From positions 1 through 41,598 of IMG/VR virus record IMGVR_UViG_3300008954_000101: a stretch of 41,598 bases of DNA, one strand, 5' to 3'. Of the stretch, positions 18,819 to 28,329 are shown one piece after another (position 1 is the first letter of the stretch; every line of letters starts with the position of its first letter). The notes beneath the pieces were generated by a model. The model saw nothing but the letters and a program-made list of their open reading frames with translations. It ran no database searches and was not told the DNA's origin. The stretch is from a virus (taxonomy: Duplodnaviria; Caudoviricetes). The position numbers were made by a program, and so were the translations under genes.

Positions 18819-19019
18819 TTATTTTTTGCCAAGTTGATATTTCCTAGCCTCATAAGAGATTGCCAGTCCTGTTGTTACTCCTGCTGTAAGTGCAGCACCT
18901 ACAATTAAATCCACATTAGGTAAATTCGTAATAAAATTAAAAGTGGTTAAACTACTAAAGAAAGTCACGCCAAAATTTCCCCCTGTGCGTATCAACGGTG
19001 CATACGTTTTCCAAGTCAT
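18819..19019 (-). CDS. Small membrane protein (holin-like)
   Basis: Two hydrophobic segments and a basic C terminus. Confidence 0.55.
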   Translation of the reverse strand: MTWKTYAPLIRTGGNFGVTFFSSLTTFNFITNLPNVDLIVGAALTAGVTTGLAISYEARKYQLGKK

Positions 19020-19080
19020 TAATCATGTGTCACTATCTCTACTGATAATTAAGTAATAAAAGTGTCAATTAGAAAAAAGA

Positions 19081-19335
19081 TTATTTGCTACTTTTTTTAG
19101 GAGCAGCCTTTTTGGTTGAGACCTGTGCTGCTATCTTAACTCCCTCTATAGGTCTCTTTGGATCTACCTCAGGATTTAATTCTACAGTTGGCAGTCCTTT
19201 TGGATACCAAACGCAGTTCTCATCTTTGCCATCACATTTTTTGGATTTGGCTGCATGATCAATTATTGATATAGCGGTCTCTTTGTTTTCAGCGTCTGCA
19301 GTAATAAAACAGACTTTGCACTGTAAAGTTCCCAT
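19081..19335 (-). CDS. Zn-binding late protein
   Basis: CKVC...H.....C; start chosen from promoter spacing; K-rich tail. Confidence 0.6.
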   Translation of the reverse strand: MGTLQCKVCFITADAENKETAISIIDHAAKSKKCDGKDENCVWYPKGLPTVELNPEVDPKRPIEGVKIAAQVSTKKAAPKKSSK

Positions 19336-19494
19336 AAAATCCATTACCTAATTAGATTAAAAGTGTTAATTCTACAGGCACATCATTGACCCGTCCAAGG
19401 TCTTACTCCTGCGGTGTACTCAAGGGTTCTAACGTTGGGCATTGATCCCTATTTTGTGGACAGTAATTGTAGGGAGTATCCCCTATTTAAGAAT

Positions 19495-19521
19495 AAAAAA
19501 AGAAAAAAAGGATCGCTTTTC
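19495..19521 (-). terminator. Oligo-T terminator after MCP
   Basis: Two T-runs on the minus strand shortly after the capsid stop codon. Confidence 0.6.
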
Positions 19522-20706
19522 CTAGAATGAAGTGATTTTGTATGCACCGTTCTCGTCTGCCTCTTTAACGTCGAAACGTAATACAAGGTCAGAATCGTAG
19601 AGACCGCCTACAGTCATATCATAGTTCTCAATGGTCAAATCTTCTCTCAAACCTACGACTTGTGCTACGTCACGTTTAGTGATCATAACTGTGCCTGCTG
19701 CGATTTGTGGAGTTTCAAAGACGTTTTTGAGTCCTAATGCTGCTGCGAGTCCAGAGTTGTTTACTACATCACTATTACTATCATCTCTCAAGACTCTCTT
19801 ATCTAAGAATAGATAAGATCCGCTTGCACCTGTTGATTTACTTACTGTTTGGTAAGCGTCAGCAGGGTTGATAAACATAGTATCTGCAGTGTTTCTCTGT
19901 GAACCTCTGAATTTAGAACGGATAACATTACTTAATGCTTCAAATTCAGCGTGAATCGGGGTTGCAAAGTCTAAGTTTGCCAAGGTGTCAGTGTTGGTAG
20001 TTGTGTCACTGATCATTTGATCAATGATTCTTTTACCAGCCAAGTAGTAGAATAAGTTACCAGCGTTTTTGAGTGGTTGTTCTACTGCTAAGAAGTTGTT
20101 ATCCTTAACATCGTTTCTTTCGACTCTAATGGTACCTCTAAAACTGTTTTTTGTATTGCTACAGTCAAGTTCAATAGGTTCCATTTTACCGCCTATCATT
20201 GGTGGTTTACCGCCAGATTCTTTGAAAATATCAAGTTTGTATGCTGTTGATGTTGAGCCACCAACTTGATCAGTGTATCTAGTTTTTGGTACGTTTACTT
20301 TAGGGGCGTCCATTTCAATGAGTCTGGAGTATTGTTTCCAGTCACTGTAAGGTTCTGCACCCTCGATAATCTCATCTGCAATTTTCAAAATAGATAGTGA
20401 GTTTGGTACACTAACTGTTTCTCTAATTGAGTTTCCTCCTTTGGAGGCATAGTCGCCTATGGAGATACCATAGTGTTCGTGCCAGATTCTAGGTAAGTTA
20501 GGGTTAAGTCTCATGTCGTCCATGGAACCGTCTGCCTTGTCAAAGAATACTGCTAGAGGTGTTTCTCTAATTGGTTTCCAGAAATCCCAAGATTTACCTT
20601 GAGATTGGTAGCCATCTGCTGCGTGGTTCAATGCTTCTCTAATACCTGTAAAATCGTTAGATTCTAACAAGGAATTACGAGAGATTGTCTCGCCAGTTTT
20701 AGGCAT
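19522..20706 (-). CDS. Major capsid protein (HK97 fold)
   Basis: 394 aa after scaffold and cement genes; IADEIIEGA, DTMFINPADA, LGLKNVFETPQIAAGTVMI...A.KI patterns. Confidence 0.85.
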   Translation of the reverse strand: MPKTGETISRNSLLESNDFTGIREALNHAADGYQSQGKSWDFWKPIRETPLAVFFDKADGSMDDMRLNPNLPRIWHEHYGISIGDYASKGGNSIRETVSVPNSLSILKIADEIIEGAEPYSDWKQYSRLIEMDAPKVNVPKTRYTDQVGGSTSTAYKLDIFKESGGKPPMIGGKMEPIELDCSNTKNSFRGTIRVERNDVKDNNFLAVEQPLKNAGNLFYYLAGKRIIDQMISDTTTNTDTLANLDFATPIHAEFEALSNVIRSKFRGSQRNTADTMFINPADAYQTVSKSTGASGSYLFLDKRVLRDDSNSDVVNNSGLAAALGLKNVFETPQIAAGTVMITKRDVAQVVGLREDLTIENYDMTVGGLYDSDLVLRFDVKEADENGAYKITSF

Positions 20707-20707
20707 T

Positions 20708-21196
20708 TTAGAGGATACCCTCCAATGTTACTTCACACAGAATTGCGTCAGTGCTTGCAGTTGAGGTCTGTAGTGCTCTACCAAATACAAAGTCTGAGGC
20801 TACTGCTCTTTGTGCGACTTCATCAGTACCGCTACAACTAAGAGGATCTCCTAGTGCGATATTGCTGTTTGCTCCGCCTGTTGAGCCATCTACTCTAACT
20901 TTACATCTGCCGTGAGTACATACTTTGACTGATTCTCCTGCAGCGTCTGCTGCGTTGCCGTCATTTGCGGTTGTACCGTCTACCCAAATACCGTTAGCGT
21001 CGCCACCAACTACAACTCCTGCTACATATAATGTGCCGTCTGTTGTAGGTTCAACACGGGGATTTAACTCTCCTGTGCCTGCTGCGACTACGATAACTGG
21101 GGCTCCGATTTCAATAGCCTCATCTGCAATAGCATTAACTACTATTGCTCCAGAGTCTGCTGAACCGTCAAATAGACCAGCGTAGTTATCTGTCAT
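20708..21196 (-). CDS. Capsid cement/decoration protein
   Basis: ADEAIEIG...AAGESVKV..HG...IALGDPL...FGRAL (DUF2190-like). Confidence 0.75.
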   Translation of the reverse strand: MTDNYAGLFDGSADSGAIVVNAIADEAIEIGAPVIVVAAGTGELNPRVEPTTDGTLYVAGVVVGGDANGIWVDGTTANDGNAADAAGESVKVCTHGRCKVRVDGSTGGANSNIALGDPLSCSGTDEVAQRAVASDFVFGRALQTSTASTDAILCEVTLEGIL

Positions 21197-21255
21197 AATT
21201 ATCGAATATCGTATTTATTTAAAAGAGTCTTGCCGAAAAAAGGGAAAAAGTGGGC

Positions 21256-21927
21256 TTATGCCCCTTTGTTAATAGCGTCGTTGAGTTTTGTAATGTCCAA
21301 TCTAGTTTTTTGTAGATCAGCCTCTGCATTTCCTGTAGTTTCTCTAATGAATGATCCAGTAGATTTTTCTCCTTTGTAGGAGGTGCCTGCGTCTATGGAT
21401 TTAATTTGAGAGTTTTGTGTCTCTGTAATCTTTTTGTCTAAAGATTTGATTGCCTCAGCGATTTGCTTAAACTGACTTCTGAAAGCCATGGCTTCCTGAA
21501 CAGTGTACTGCATTTGTTGTTGAGGGATTTGAGGTGGTTGTTGTTGAGGTGGTTGTTGAGGTGGTTGTGGCATACCCATTGGAGGTGCCATTTCTCCGAT
21601 TGCGACTCCCATTTGATCTTTAGTATCTCCTGCTCCGTCTACGGGTTTTTCTCCGTCTCCTTTGTCAGTGCCAACTTTTTCTAATCCAGTGGTAGAACTA
21701 GATTGGGTGTCTGTGTTATCGTCAGTTTCTTCAACTTTCTTTTCTTCATCTTCCATTTCTTTGATTACAGTTTTGAGGAAATTACGTGCTACTTGTGGTT
21801 GTGTTTCTTTGATTTGGTAGGCTGTTTGTGCCAATGTGTAACTAGCCTCTGAAAGTGTTGGTACAGTTTCAAGGATAGCCTTTGCGTCAGCATAGTCTGT
21901 CAAATCAAGTAATTTCTTGAAGTTCAT
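21256..21927 (-). CDS. Capsid scaffolding protein
   Basis: Acidic, PQ-rich, coiled-coil; upstream of cement and MCP; many IxE-T/A motifs. Confidence 0.65.
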   Translation of the reverse strand: MNFKKLLDLTDYADAKAILETVPTLSEASYTLAQTAYQIKETQPQVARNFLKTVIKEMEDEEKKVEETDDNTDTQSSSTTGLEKVGTDKGDGEKPVDGAGDTKDQMGVAIGEMAPPMGMPQPPQQPPQQQPPQIPQQQMQYTVQEAMAFRSQFKQIAEAIKSLDKKITETQNSQIKSIDAGTSYKGEKSTGSFIRETTGNAEADLQKTRLDITKLNDAINKGA

Positions 21928-21982
21928 GTGTACTGTGATTAGTTCAATTTAGTTTAAAAGTGTCGAGAGTACGAATATCGTA

Positions 21983-22795
21983 TTACTTTGTACCGTTCTC
22001 AACAAAATCGTCTACCTCGTCTACGATTCCCTCTACTATCTCGTCTCCTTTGGTCATATTCCAAGTTCTACGCTTACCCTTAGCCTCACTAGCCTCTAGT
22101 TCGTATGTGTCCTTGTTAGCGTGGTAAAATCTAAGTTCTCCATCTCCCAGAGTAATATCGAAAAATCTCTCCTTACCTTTGAGGTGCTCCATGCGGACTG
22201 TGGTATCTACCATTTGAGGGATTTTCAGTATAGCACAAACATTACTAAACATAACATCTATTGCTCCAGTAATCATGCTAGGGGTGCCGTTTTGCCTAGC
22301 GTCGTCAGTAAACTTGATTTTTTCCATTACGTCCCTACGAATAATCATAGCAGCAAATCCAGAGAATAAGAACGGCTGAATATTGACATTAAATGGTTCG
22401 TCTTTGTGTACCCAGTGATAATGTCTCCAGCCCACCTGACCTTTTTCAGGAACCATTCTGACAGGGTGTGGTAAATTGTATGTGATATTTAGATAGTCTT
22501 TGTTTGCTCCTTGATCCACATTACAAACTCCTGATAACACTGCATAGTCGTCTTTTTGCAGATCCTCGATTAATGCGTCCATGTGTTCTTTTTTGATAAC
22601 TAAATCGTCAGGACAGATTACTAAGTGAGTATACTCCTCATGGTCTACAAACCAACGTCTGAATAATTCATAGGCTGTTTTTTCTGGATAGTATTTGGCA
22701 TAGAGTCTGTCGTATCCAGTCTCTTTGAGTGCCTCATAGACCTCAGGAATATCTCTGGGACTAGGGCAGCAGAGTAGTGGGTTTATTTTTGACAT
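21983..22795 (-). CDS. GT-A/GT2-like glycosyltransferase
   Basis: YTHLVICPDDL, GFAAMIIRRDVMEKIKF, IDVMFS, VDTTVRMEH. Confidence 0.7.
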   Translation of the reverse strand: MSKINPLLCCPSPRDIPEVYEALKETGYDRLYAKYYPEKTAYELFRRWFVDHEEYTHLVICPDDLVIKKEHMDALIEDLQKDDYAVLSGVCNVDQGANKDYLNITYNLPHPVRMVPEKGQVGWRHYHWVHKDEPFNVNIQPFLFSGFAAMIIRRDVMEKIKFTDDARQNGTPSMITGAIDVMFSNVCAILKIPQMVDTTVRMEHLKGKERFFDITLGDGELRFYHANKDTYELEASEAKGKRRTWNMTKGDEIVEGIVDEVDDFVENGTK

Positions 22796-22878
22796 TTCTT
22801 ACAAACTCCCTCCCCTGTTATATCGTCTAATGTTATCTCCTCATTACTGGAAAAACATTTAGTGCAAAGTCCTTTCAT
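22783..22878 (-). CDS. 31-aa TFB/TFIIB-type Zn-ribbon microprotein
   Basis: MKGLCTKCFSSNEEITLDDITGEGVCKKCQK; ATGA overlap with the upstream gene. Confidence 0.6.
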   Translation of the reverse strand: MKGLCTKCFSSNEEITLDDITGEGVCKKCQK

Positions 22879-23435
22879 TTTTGCCAGACCCTCAGTTTTT
22901 GGACATAGTTGATTTGATCTACTGTAGAGTTTGGAAATAGTTTGTCATAGTCATGCTGGAAATTATGGTCTGCTAGTTCTATGTCTCTAGGTTCTTGAGG
23001 GTCATAGTCTATAATGATAATTGTATCTGCATAGCGTTTCATTTTTGCCACAAAGTCCTCGATAATATCAGGAGGTATGTGCATTAGTGTCTCTATGGCT
23101 AAAATTGTGTCATAGTGTATATCCTCAGCATAAGTGTAAAAATCAGTAACTATCCTGCCTATTGTTTTATCTGTGATTTGCTGCAGTCTGAGATAGGATA
23201 AATCCATGGCTGTATATTGAGCGTCTACTCCTGCTCCTCTGAGTAGTTTGGCTATTCTTCCCCAGCCTGCTCCTATCTCTAGGATTGATTTTGGATTGAT
23301 TAGTTTCACTGCGTCTATTATTGGTTTTTCCTGTACCTCATGTTCTCTAGTAAGTCTGAATGATAACGAGTCTACTTTGGAGCGTTCCCCCTCCTTTTTC
23401 CAGTAATCTACATAGTCGTAGTAAATTTCGTTCAA
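22875..23435 (-). CDS. Class I SAM-dependent methyltransferase
   Basis: SILEIGAGWGR, YTAMDLS, YDTILAIETLMHI. Confidence 0.85.
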   Translation of the reverse strand: MNEIYYDYVDYWKKEGERSKVDSLSFRLTREHEVQEKPIIDAVKLINPKSILEIGAGWGRIAKLLRGAGVDAQYTAMDLSYLRLQQITDKTIGRIVTDFYTYAEDIHYDTILAIETLMHIPPDIIEDFVAKMKRYADTIIIIDYDPQEPRDIELADHNFQHDYDKLFPNSTVDQINYVQKLRVWQK

Positions 23436-23599
23436 GTTGTTACCTCTGTACTAAAATTAACAGTGTGAGATCCTGTAAAATCGTTAAGGAATGGGTTAGG
23501 TGTTGGAGGTCTAAGAGTTACTTTTTTGCCATGTTTATGACAGATATGCTCGTCACAATTACAGAAATTAAAGTCCTCATTACACATACAGTAAGGCAT
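23432..23599 (-). CDS. 55-aa Cys-rich protein
   Basis: MPYCMC...CNC..HICHKH; TATA at 23621-23628. Confidence 0.55.
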   Translation of the reverse strand: MPYCMCNEDFNFCNCDEHICHKHGKKVTLRPPTPNPFLNDFTGSHTVNFSTEVTT

Positions 23600-23637
23600 G
23601 ATTATTATACAAAAATTCCTTATTTAAAGAAAAAGAC

Positions 23638-23736
23638 TTAGTCGTCCACGACGACCATTTTGTTACGACACCATGGGCACTTATACTCAGTTTTGTTAGA
23701 GCCCCTAGCACCGCACTTGACGCACTCTACTGTCAT
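23638..23736 (-). CDS. 32-aa Zn-ribbon microprotein
   Basis: MTVECVKCGARGSNKTEYKCPWCRNKMVVVDD. Confidence 0.6.
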   Translation of the reverse strand: MTVECVKCGARGSNKTEYKCPWCRNKMVVVDD

Positions 23737-23846
23737 GCGTCCCAATACCTCCCAGCGTGAGCCATGATATTTTCACAACTGACGCCATCATATCTGCCCA
23801 TCTTACAGATTAAACAGAGGTGCTCGCCCAATTTCTTTTTTGCCAT
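23733..23846 (-). CDS. 37-aa Cys/His microprotein
   Basis: MAKKKLGEHLCLIC...; coupled by stop-start overlaps on both sides. Confidence 0.55.
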   Translation of the reverse strand: MAKKKLGEHLCLICKMGRYDGVSCENIMAHAGRYWDA

Positions 23847-24025
23847 TAGTCCACCTCCACGACGTTATCTCGGAATGCTAGTTTTGGAATACCATGTGCT
23901 CCTCCGATATTGAGCACCCATGCGTCTACTTGCCGTGACTTCATAACTGCCTTACCTTTGAGGAGTTTGCCATTAATGTCTTTAATGACAATTTTATCCC
24001 CGTGCTGGATTTTGTCAAAGTCCAT
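23846..24025 (-). CDS. 59-aa SH3/Sm-like beta protein
   Basis: MDFDKIQHGDKIVIKD...; TAATG coupling. Confidence 0.6.
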   Translation of the reverse strand: MDFDKIQHGDKIVIKDINGKLLKGKAVMKSRQVDAWVLNIGGAHGIPKLAFRDNVVEVD

Positions 24026-24573
24026 TAAGCAGGAACCTCCTGCTCAATGTCTACTATGCCGAGGAACTCCGCCCCGACACCGTTGTCCCTGTAGACAATT
24101 ATCTGATTTTTGCTTGCTACTGCGAGCAGATCCGCTTTGTAACCCACTCTCTTTGCTGGAAATCCGTTGGCTTTGATGATCTCCTGCAGGACTAACCCCT
24201 GACTCATAGGTAGGCTAGGTGCTGGATCTAAGTCGAACCATTCTATTGATTCAATGTATTTCTTGAGCACAGCCTCCGAGACGCCAAAGACTTTCTCCTT
24301 TTTGTCCCACTGCTCCCAGTTCTCGCCCTTATCTAATGAGCGTTCAACTTTGACGACCTTGCCGTCCTTGAAATGGATCTTGCCCATTTCATAGCCGTAG
24401 CCGTCGTTGATGTGAAATATGTCCCTGTTGTCTGGGTCATAGCCCCCACCATAGCCACAGTCCTCGGCTATTCTTGCTGCCTGACGGACAATATGCTTCT
24501 CTCCAAAATTGAGATACAAGTCCATCTCTCCAAAAAAGTGAACGTAGTCAGCCATGCTAATTACGTCTCCCAC
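24025..24573 (-). CDS. Hypothetical early protein
   Basis: ORF in the cassette operon; likely start MADYV. Confidence 0.7.
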   Translation of the reverse strand: MGDVISMADYVHFFGEMDLYLNFGEKHIVRQAARIAEDCGYGGGYDPDNRDIFHINDGYGYEMGKIHFKDGKVVKVERSLDKGENWEQWDKKEKVFGVSEAVLKKYIESIEWFDLDPAPSLPMSQGLVLQEIIKANGFPAKRVGYKADLLAVASKNQIIVYRDNGVGAEFLGIVDIEQEVPA

Positions 24574-24871
24574 TGTAAGCCAGTGCCTTTTTTGGAATTT
24601 CCCATACTTTTGCTTTGCCTAATGCAAGGATCTCGCCCTCTGAAAAATATCCAAGTTCTTCTTCCTGACCCTGAACGAGTCCGTAAAAGATTTTATCTTG
24701 GAGAATGACTTGACCGTTGCCCATGTCACTGTCTTGGACATGGTCTAATTCAAAGGCGAACCAATACCAACCGCTAAAGGATTCAAATCCTTTAATGACT
24801 TTTTTCAGTTTGCCAAACACTTCGACAAACAGATCGTCGCCTTTGCTCACAAGTTTGTAGTTCATTTCCAA
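24557..24871 (-). CDS. DUF2958-like protein
   Basis: F..FSGWYWFAFE...FYGLVQG.EEELGYFS..EI signature. Confidence 0.75.
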   Translation of the reverse strand: MEMNYKLVSKGDDLFVEVFGKLKKVIKGFESFSGWYWFAFELDHVQDSDMGNGQVILQDKIFYGLVQGQEEELGYFSEGEILALGKAKVWEIPKKALAYSGRRN

Positions 24872-24957
24872 TATAACTACACAATTACCATTTAAATATT
24901 TAACTATACACGGTATCCAAAGTATGCAAAGTAAGCATACTGTTAGTGTAAAAAATT

Positions 24958-25740
24958 TTAGATGTGTAGTTCTATCTCTGGCTCTTTGTGATAGTTGCTG
25001 TATTTTCGTACATCAACTCTGAGACCAAGATAGCCCTTACGACTTACTTCACGGACTGATTGAAAGTCCTCTGAGAAATAGGAGGCACTTTTGACGCTGA
25101 GTGGGTCTACTACGTGGACTACAAAGCCGTGATCCTCAAGGATTTTCATTATCTCAAAGAGATAAATCCCTGAATCGATGTTAATGTGATAATTAACATC
25201 TTTTTTGGCTCCATTCCAAACATGGTATCCACCTACTGCGACCTCCTTGCTCTCGTCTGAGAGTTTCTCATCTTTTTCCTCTGGGACGTGCTTGAATAAG
25301 CCCTGACCGTAAGGTCTGTCCTCTAGGATTTCAATGAGTAATCTCATGTAATACATCTGTTCAAGCCAGTCTCCTCCATCTGCTAACCACCCTAGTCGTT
25401 GAACTAGGGCGTGGGCATGATTGCCTAAGAGTGGTTTCATTTCCTCCTCTTTGAGCAGTCCTCGTCTTAACTGGGAATATCTAATACCCCAGTCAGAGTC
25501 TAACTCAAGTTCGCCATGATAAAATCTGCCAATGGCTTTGTGCATTTTTTCAATACTCTCAAAGCCTGAGATTTCTAACTGTTTTTTCTCCAGTTCTTCA
25601 ATGGCTGCCTCTGAGTTGAAAGAGTAGTCGTCCTTTTTGTCCTGAATTTTGATGTATCCGATCTGCATTTGAATCTCATTAATTTGTTTAATGAGTTCCC
25701 GTGAAAGTTCTTGCTTTTGAAGTTCTTGCATTGTTATCAA
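24958..25740 (-). CDS. Hypothetical early protein (single-gene cassette)
   Basis: Own promoter at 25762-25775 and a T-run after the stop. Confidence 0.75.
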   Translation of the reverse strand: MITMQELQKQELSRELIKQINEIQMQIGYIKIQDKKDDYSFNSEAAIEELEKKQLEISGFESIEKMHKAIGRFYHGELELDSDWGIRYSQLRRGLLKEEEMKPLLGNHAHALVQRLGWLADGGDWLEQMYYMRLLIEILEDRPYGQGLFKHVPEEKDEKLSDESKEVAVGGYHVWNGAKKDVNYHINIDSGIYLFEIMKILEDHGFVVHVVDPLSVKSASYFSEDFQSVREVSRKGYLGLRVDVRKYSNYHKEPEIELHI

Positions 25741-25789
25741 TATCTGTACGTTAGTACGTTATTTAAACATTTAAACACTGTAAAAAAAA

Positions 25790-26270
25790 TCAGTTCTTGA
25801 GTTTTTTGTGCTTGCTGCAGAGATAATAGTCCTCACGTTTGTAAGGTTCTCCAACTGCATTGATATGCCAAATCTCTACACAGTCCTGAACTGGGTGTCC
25901 ACACGGTAGCGTTAAGAACACCTTTTTGACTCCATCAAGTTGTTTTTTGCTAAGTCCTATCATCTTGATCTCCGTTTATTTTGGGCTCTAAGAAAATCAA
26001 CGACTTGAAGAAAATCATTATTGCTAGGAGCCATCTTATCTTTTTGACCGTTTATGTATAGCCTGAGAGCAGCGTCGATATACGCTGGGATATTATGGTT
26101 TTTTAGACCTATGTGTACCTGATTTGCCATAGTTCCTATACTCCTACACCGTGGACAGCAAAGTGAAAGACGAGATCATTGAGTAAGTGTCTGAGATCAA
26201 AGATTTCAGGACTTGCCAATTTTCCCTCTACGTGCTTTCTTGCTGCAGCGTGGATTAATTGTGCTTTCAT
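25790..26270 (-). CDS. Three-microprotein cassette (26136-26270, 25960-26130, 25790-25963)
   Basis: Manual translation gives 44, 56 and 57 aa; promoter at 26294; T-run after the last stop. Confidence 0.65.
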
Positions 26271-26325
26271 ATCTCAAGTACGTGCATACGTTATTTAAAT
26301 ATTTCAATACTTAATTTAAAAAAAA

Positions 26326-26619
26326 TTAGTCGATATAACCAAATCGACCATAAAAGCAGGCGTCGTGCCATCTCCATTCCAAGTGATCACAGCCGACCAA
26401 ACCGTCGCCTCCAATCATTCTGTCGTCGCCAAGTGGTTTTCCACAGCCCTTACAAACGTCCTCTGCATTGGCGTTTTTATCCATGAGTCCGATTAACCCG
26501 TGGATAGGTTGCCCTCTCAGGTCTGGGATATGTTCTGGGAGCCAGTTTTTCTTGACTTTGACCCAATGATTCAAACAATCCTCACAGGCGACTTTGCTAC
26601 CTAACAAATTTAATGCCAT
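26326..26619 (-). CDS. Zn-finger protein
   Basis: CEDC, CKGC, WHDAC. Confidence 0.7.
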   Translation of the reverse strand: MALNLLGSKVACEDCLNHWVKVKKNWLPEHIPDLRGQPIHGLIGLMDKNANAEDVCKGCGKPLGDDRMIGGDGLVGCDHLEWRWHDACFYGRFGYID

Positions 26620-26823
26620 TCAATGTACCTCCTTAGCCAGTCTGGCTCTCTTACGTAGATTGATTTGATTGTAATAACGTCTAACTGCTGCTGCTTTGTA
26701 ATTGTAACCAACGTCAGCCATGGCTTTGTCCACTGGCTCTAAGTCCTGTCTGATGAGTGCCTCCCTGATTTTTGCTGCAGGGCGTGGGGCACCCTCAATG
26801 ACTACAAGGAGAGCCTCAGCCAT
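26620..26823 (-). CDS. Hypothetical early protein
   Basis: Start MAEALL after GGAGGT. Confidence 0.6.
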   Translation of the reverse strand: MAEALLVVIEGAPRPAAKIREALIRQDLEPVDKAMADVGYNYKAAAVRRYYNQINLRKRARLAKEVH

Positions 26824-26986
26824 AAATCGGAGCGACCTCCTTGACTTCTTTGAGATACTGCTGGGCTTCAAGCAGTGCCACTAAATGATCTTTGAGCAGT
26901 GGATCTTTAATGAGCCCTTGCTCTGCAATTCCTATTTCGACCTCAAGGACTTCCCTGAGTTTTTGTCGTGCTTTGTTTTGGTTCAT
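26816..26986 (-). CDS. 56-aa helical microprotein
   Basis: MNQNKARQKLREVLEVE...; first gene after the promoter at 27014. Confidence 0.6.
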   Translation of the reverse strand: MNQNKARQKLREVLEVEIGIAEQGLIKDPLLKDHLVALLEAQQYLKEVKEVAPIYG

Positions 26987-27042
26987 TTCCAAAGTAGTTA
27001 CGTTAGTATTCCATTTAAATGTTTAAACATAGTGTAAAAAAA

Positions 27043-27297
27043 TTACCGTCCAAGTTGAAAAACTACTCGAACCTTATCAGGGTGCGGATATACTTGCAGC
27101 GATTTAATCACTAAGTCAGACTTTTCAGCCTCGACTTTGATCAACTCTACAATATCTGCAAACTGTGGTATCCAGACCATAATTCCAACGCCATTGTTGG
27201 AGATCACGACCTCGTTACCGTGGGACTCTATGTCGTAAGATTTATTGAACAAATGCCCAAATTTCTCACGAACAGCGTATGCGATATATTCACTCAT
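27043..27297 (-). CDS. Hypothetical early protein (single-gene cassette)
   Basis: Start MSEY after GGAGGTG; promoter at 27335; T-run after the stop. Confidence 0.7.
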   Translation of the reverse strand: MSEYIAYAVREKFGHLFNKSYDIESHGNEVVISNNGVGIMVWIPQFADIVELIKVEAEKSDLVIKSLQVYPHPDKVRVVFQLGR

Positions 27298-27381
27298 TTT
27301 AACACCTCCATACTTCAAATACATGGTTTTACCATTTAAACATTTAATTGTATTATACAAAAATAATTTGTATAAAAAAAA

Positions 27382-27717
27382 TTAGAGATCCTTTGGGATC
27401 TGTTCTGCTGACTCGTCTATTTCTTTCTTGAACTTTCGTATCCTATCCCAGTTATTCGTAATGTATACTAGGACAGCCAAGTCTACTGCTTTTTTGTCAC
27501 AGGACTCTAAGAGTTGATAGAGTGCTGATGGGATACCTTGACTGTAGAATTTGTCTGGAAATTCCCAGTATCCTTTTTCTTGAAATTCATCTAGTTTTTT
27601 TGGCTTGTCTCCATTTAGGAGTAAGGTCTCACGGGCTGCATTATCTAGGGCTTTGTGGAGTTTTTCCTCAGCCTTGTATAATGCCTCCGTCTCCTCATTT
27701 CTGCTCAAGAATCCCAT
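27382..27717 (-). CDS. Hypothetical early protein
   Basis: ORF with a T-run after the stop; may start at ATA 27765. Confidence 0.7.
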   Translation of the reverse strand: MGFLSRNEETEALYKAEEKLHKALDNAARETLLLNGDKPKKLDEFQEKGYWEFPDKFYSQGIPSALYQLLESCDKKAVDLAVLVYITNNWDRIRKFKKEIDESAEQIPKDL

Positions 27718-27761
27718 TAGGACTTTGTATTTGTCCTTGACTAATTGCTCAGTTAATTCTG

Positions 27762-28063
27762 CTATTTTCTAACACCTCCTCTTAAAATCTCTTTAAGCAC
27801 GAATTTGTATGCGTCAAGTTGGAGAGTTGAACTGAGATTGTCTAGTCTTTGCTCGTCCTCCAAATATTCGATTAGTCCCTCAATGAAATCCATTAGAGCC
27901 CCCATACCGCAGCCTCCTGCCTGATAAATCTGATAAGGACAGCGAGAACAACACCGAACCCGTGAGGGTTTAACCCCTTTTCGAGCATAGCCCCTCTGTC
28001 TCTGAGAGGGACATGATAGCCTTGAAACACGGCAAAGACACGGTGCATTGGTTTTCTGTCCAT
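27762..28063 (-). CDS. Two microproteins (27893-28063, 56 aa; 27762-27893, 43 aa)
   Basis: TAATG-coupled ORFs behind the promoter at 28090. Confidence 0.6.
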
Positions 28064-28128
28064 TTCAATTCTACTACGGTAATACCCTACTTAAATGTTT
28101 AAACAGTTAATTAGTCACATAAAAAAAA

Positions 28129-28287
28129 TTATGCGTCAATCATGCCATGATAAAAGACGACATTAACGTCGTCCTCCTCCATGCCAGCCAGACGCAAGCC
28201 CTCCTTGATTTGATCATCGGGGACTCCGTTTTGCAGGAGTTTCTTTACTAGAAATATTCCTGCCTCCATCGCTTTCTTTGGAATCAT
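28129..28287 (-). CDS. 52-aa helical microprotein cassette
   Basis: MIPKKAMEAG...; promoter at 28311; T-run after the stop. Confidence 0.65.
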   Translation of the reverse strand: MIPKKAMEAGIFLVKKLLQNGVPDDQIKEGLRLAGMEEDDVNVVFYHGMIDA

Positions 28288-28329
28288 ACTACAAGTAGGG
28301 TAATACGTTATTTAAATATTTAAAAAAAA

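Noticed and set aside
21500-21580. GGTTGTTGA-type DNA repeat
   Set aside because: It simply encodes the PQ-rich linker of the scaffold protein.
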